Assembly: GCA_951406725.2 (NCBI GenBank)
Contig: OX597838.1
Coordinates: forward strand, 9,920,001 to 9,984,000
Source: Octopus vulgaris
Lineage: Eukaryota
DNA length: 64,000 bases
Direction of reading: 5' to 3'
The notes under the pieces: generated by a model
Told to the model about the DNA's origin: nothing
The model's input: the letters and a program-made list of their open reading frames with translations, nothing else
Database searches by the model: none
Position numbers and translations under genes: made by a program
Shown: one piece after another, positions 63,631 through 64,000 of the stretch
How positions within the stretch are numbered: position 1 is the stretch's first letter
Layout of the letters: each line of letters begins with the position of its first letter

Positions 63631-64000
63631 TTTTATAATCTGTTCTACCTATCCATTTTCTCTCAAACTTTTTTTTTTTGGCGGCAAACCCTTATATTTT
63701 CTTCAAGTATTCTGCACATCATTCTCTCTTTCCTATTTTTTTTAATCTTGTGTTTTGGGCTTTTTTTCTTTCTCCTTTTTTTGAAGGGAAAAAAAAAAAG
63801 AAAAGCTAATGTTAGAGAATTTGACAAATAATAATAATATATAAATAAATAAAAAGGTCAAACATTCTGGAAAATATAACAACCTGATTACATTAATGAA
63901 GCTGGCTAATTCCCACTTGTGTACAGGAAGCTCCTGGTTGATGGAATGTTTTTTTTTTTTAATCAGACACACACACACACACACACACACACCACAGCAA

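Overview
Eukaryotic, AT-rich, repeat-saturated non-coding DNA, most likely from an octopus (inferred from the tRNA-headed SINE families and dense (TA)n/(CA)n/(GA)n tracts; not verified by search). I cannot support any intact protein-coding exon. Almost all ORFs in the track are read-throughs of three SINE families (my labels A, B, C) or of microsatellites. Real coding remnants are all transposon fragments: mariner, Tc1/maT, RTE (x2), CR1, Tx1/L1 and a Penelope-like RT. Also present are piggyBac-type MITEs and Helitron-like elements. The most interesting signal is RNA-structural. (1) A decayed 4-unit tandem array of ~310-330 bp monomers (770-3010) carries a type I hammerhead-ribozyme remnant in each unit and looks like a non-LTR retrozyme or Penelope pLTR array. 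(2) An apparently intact type I hammerhead lies at 5106-5182. (3) A dispersed Penelope-type family carries degenerate hammerheads. (4) Several long fold-back or inverted duplications are potential dsRNA/ADAR substrates. (5) Short inverted templated insertions recur at (TA)n tracts. Repeat boundaries are approximate and family names are pattern-based.
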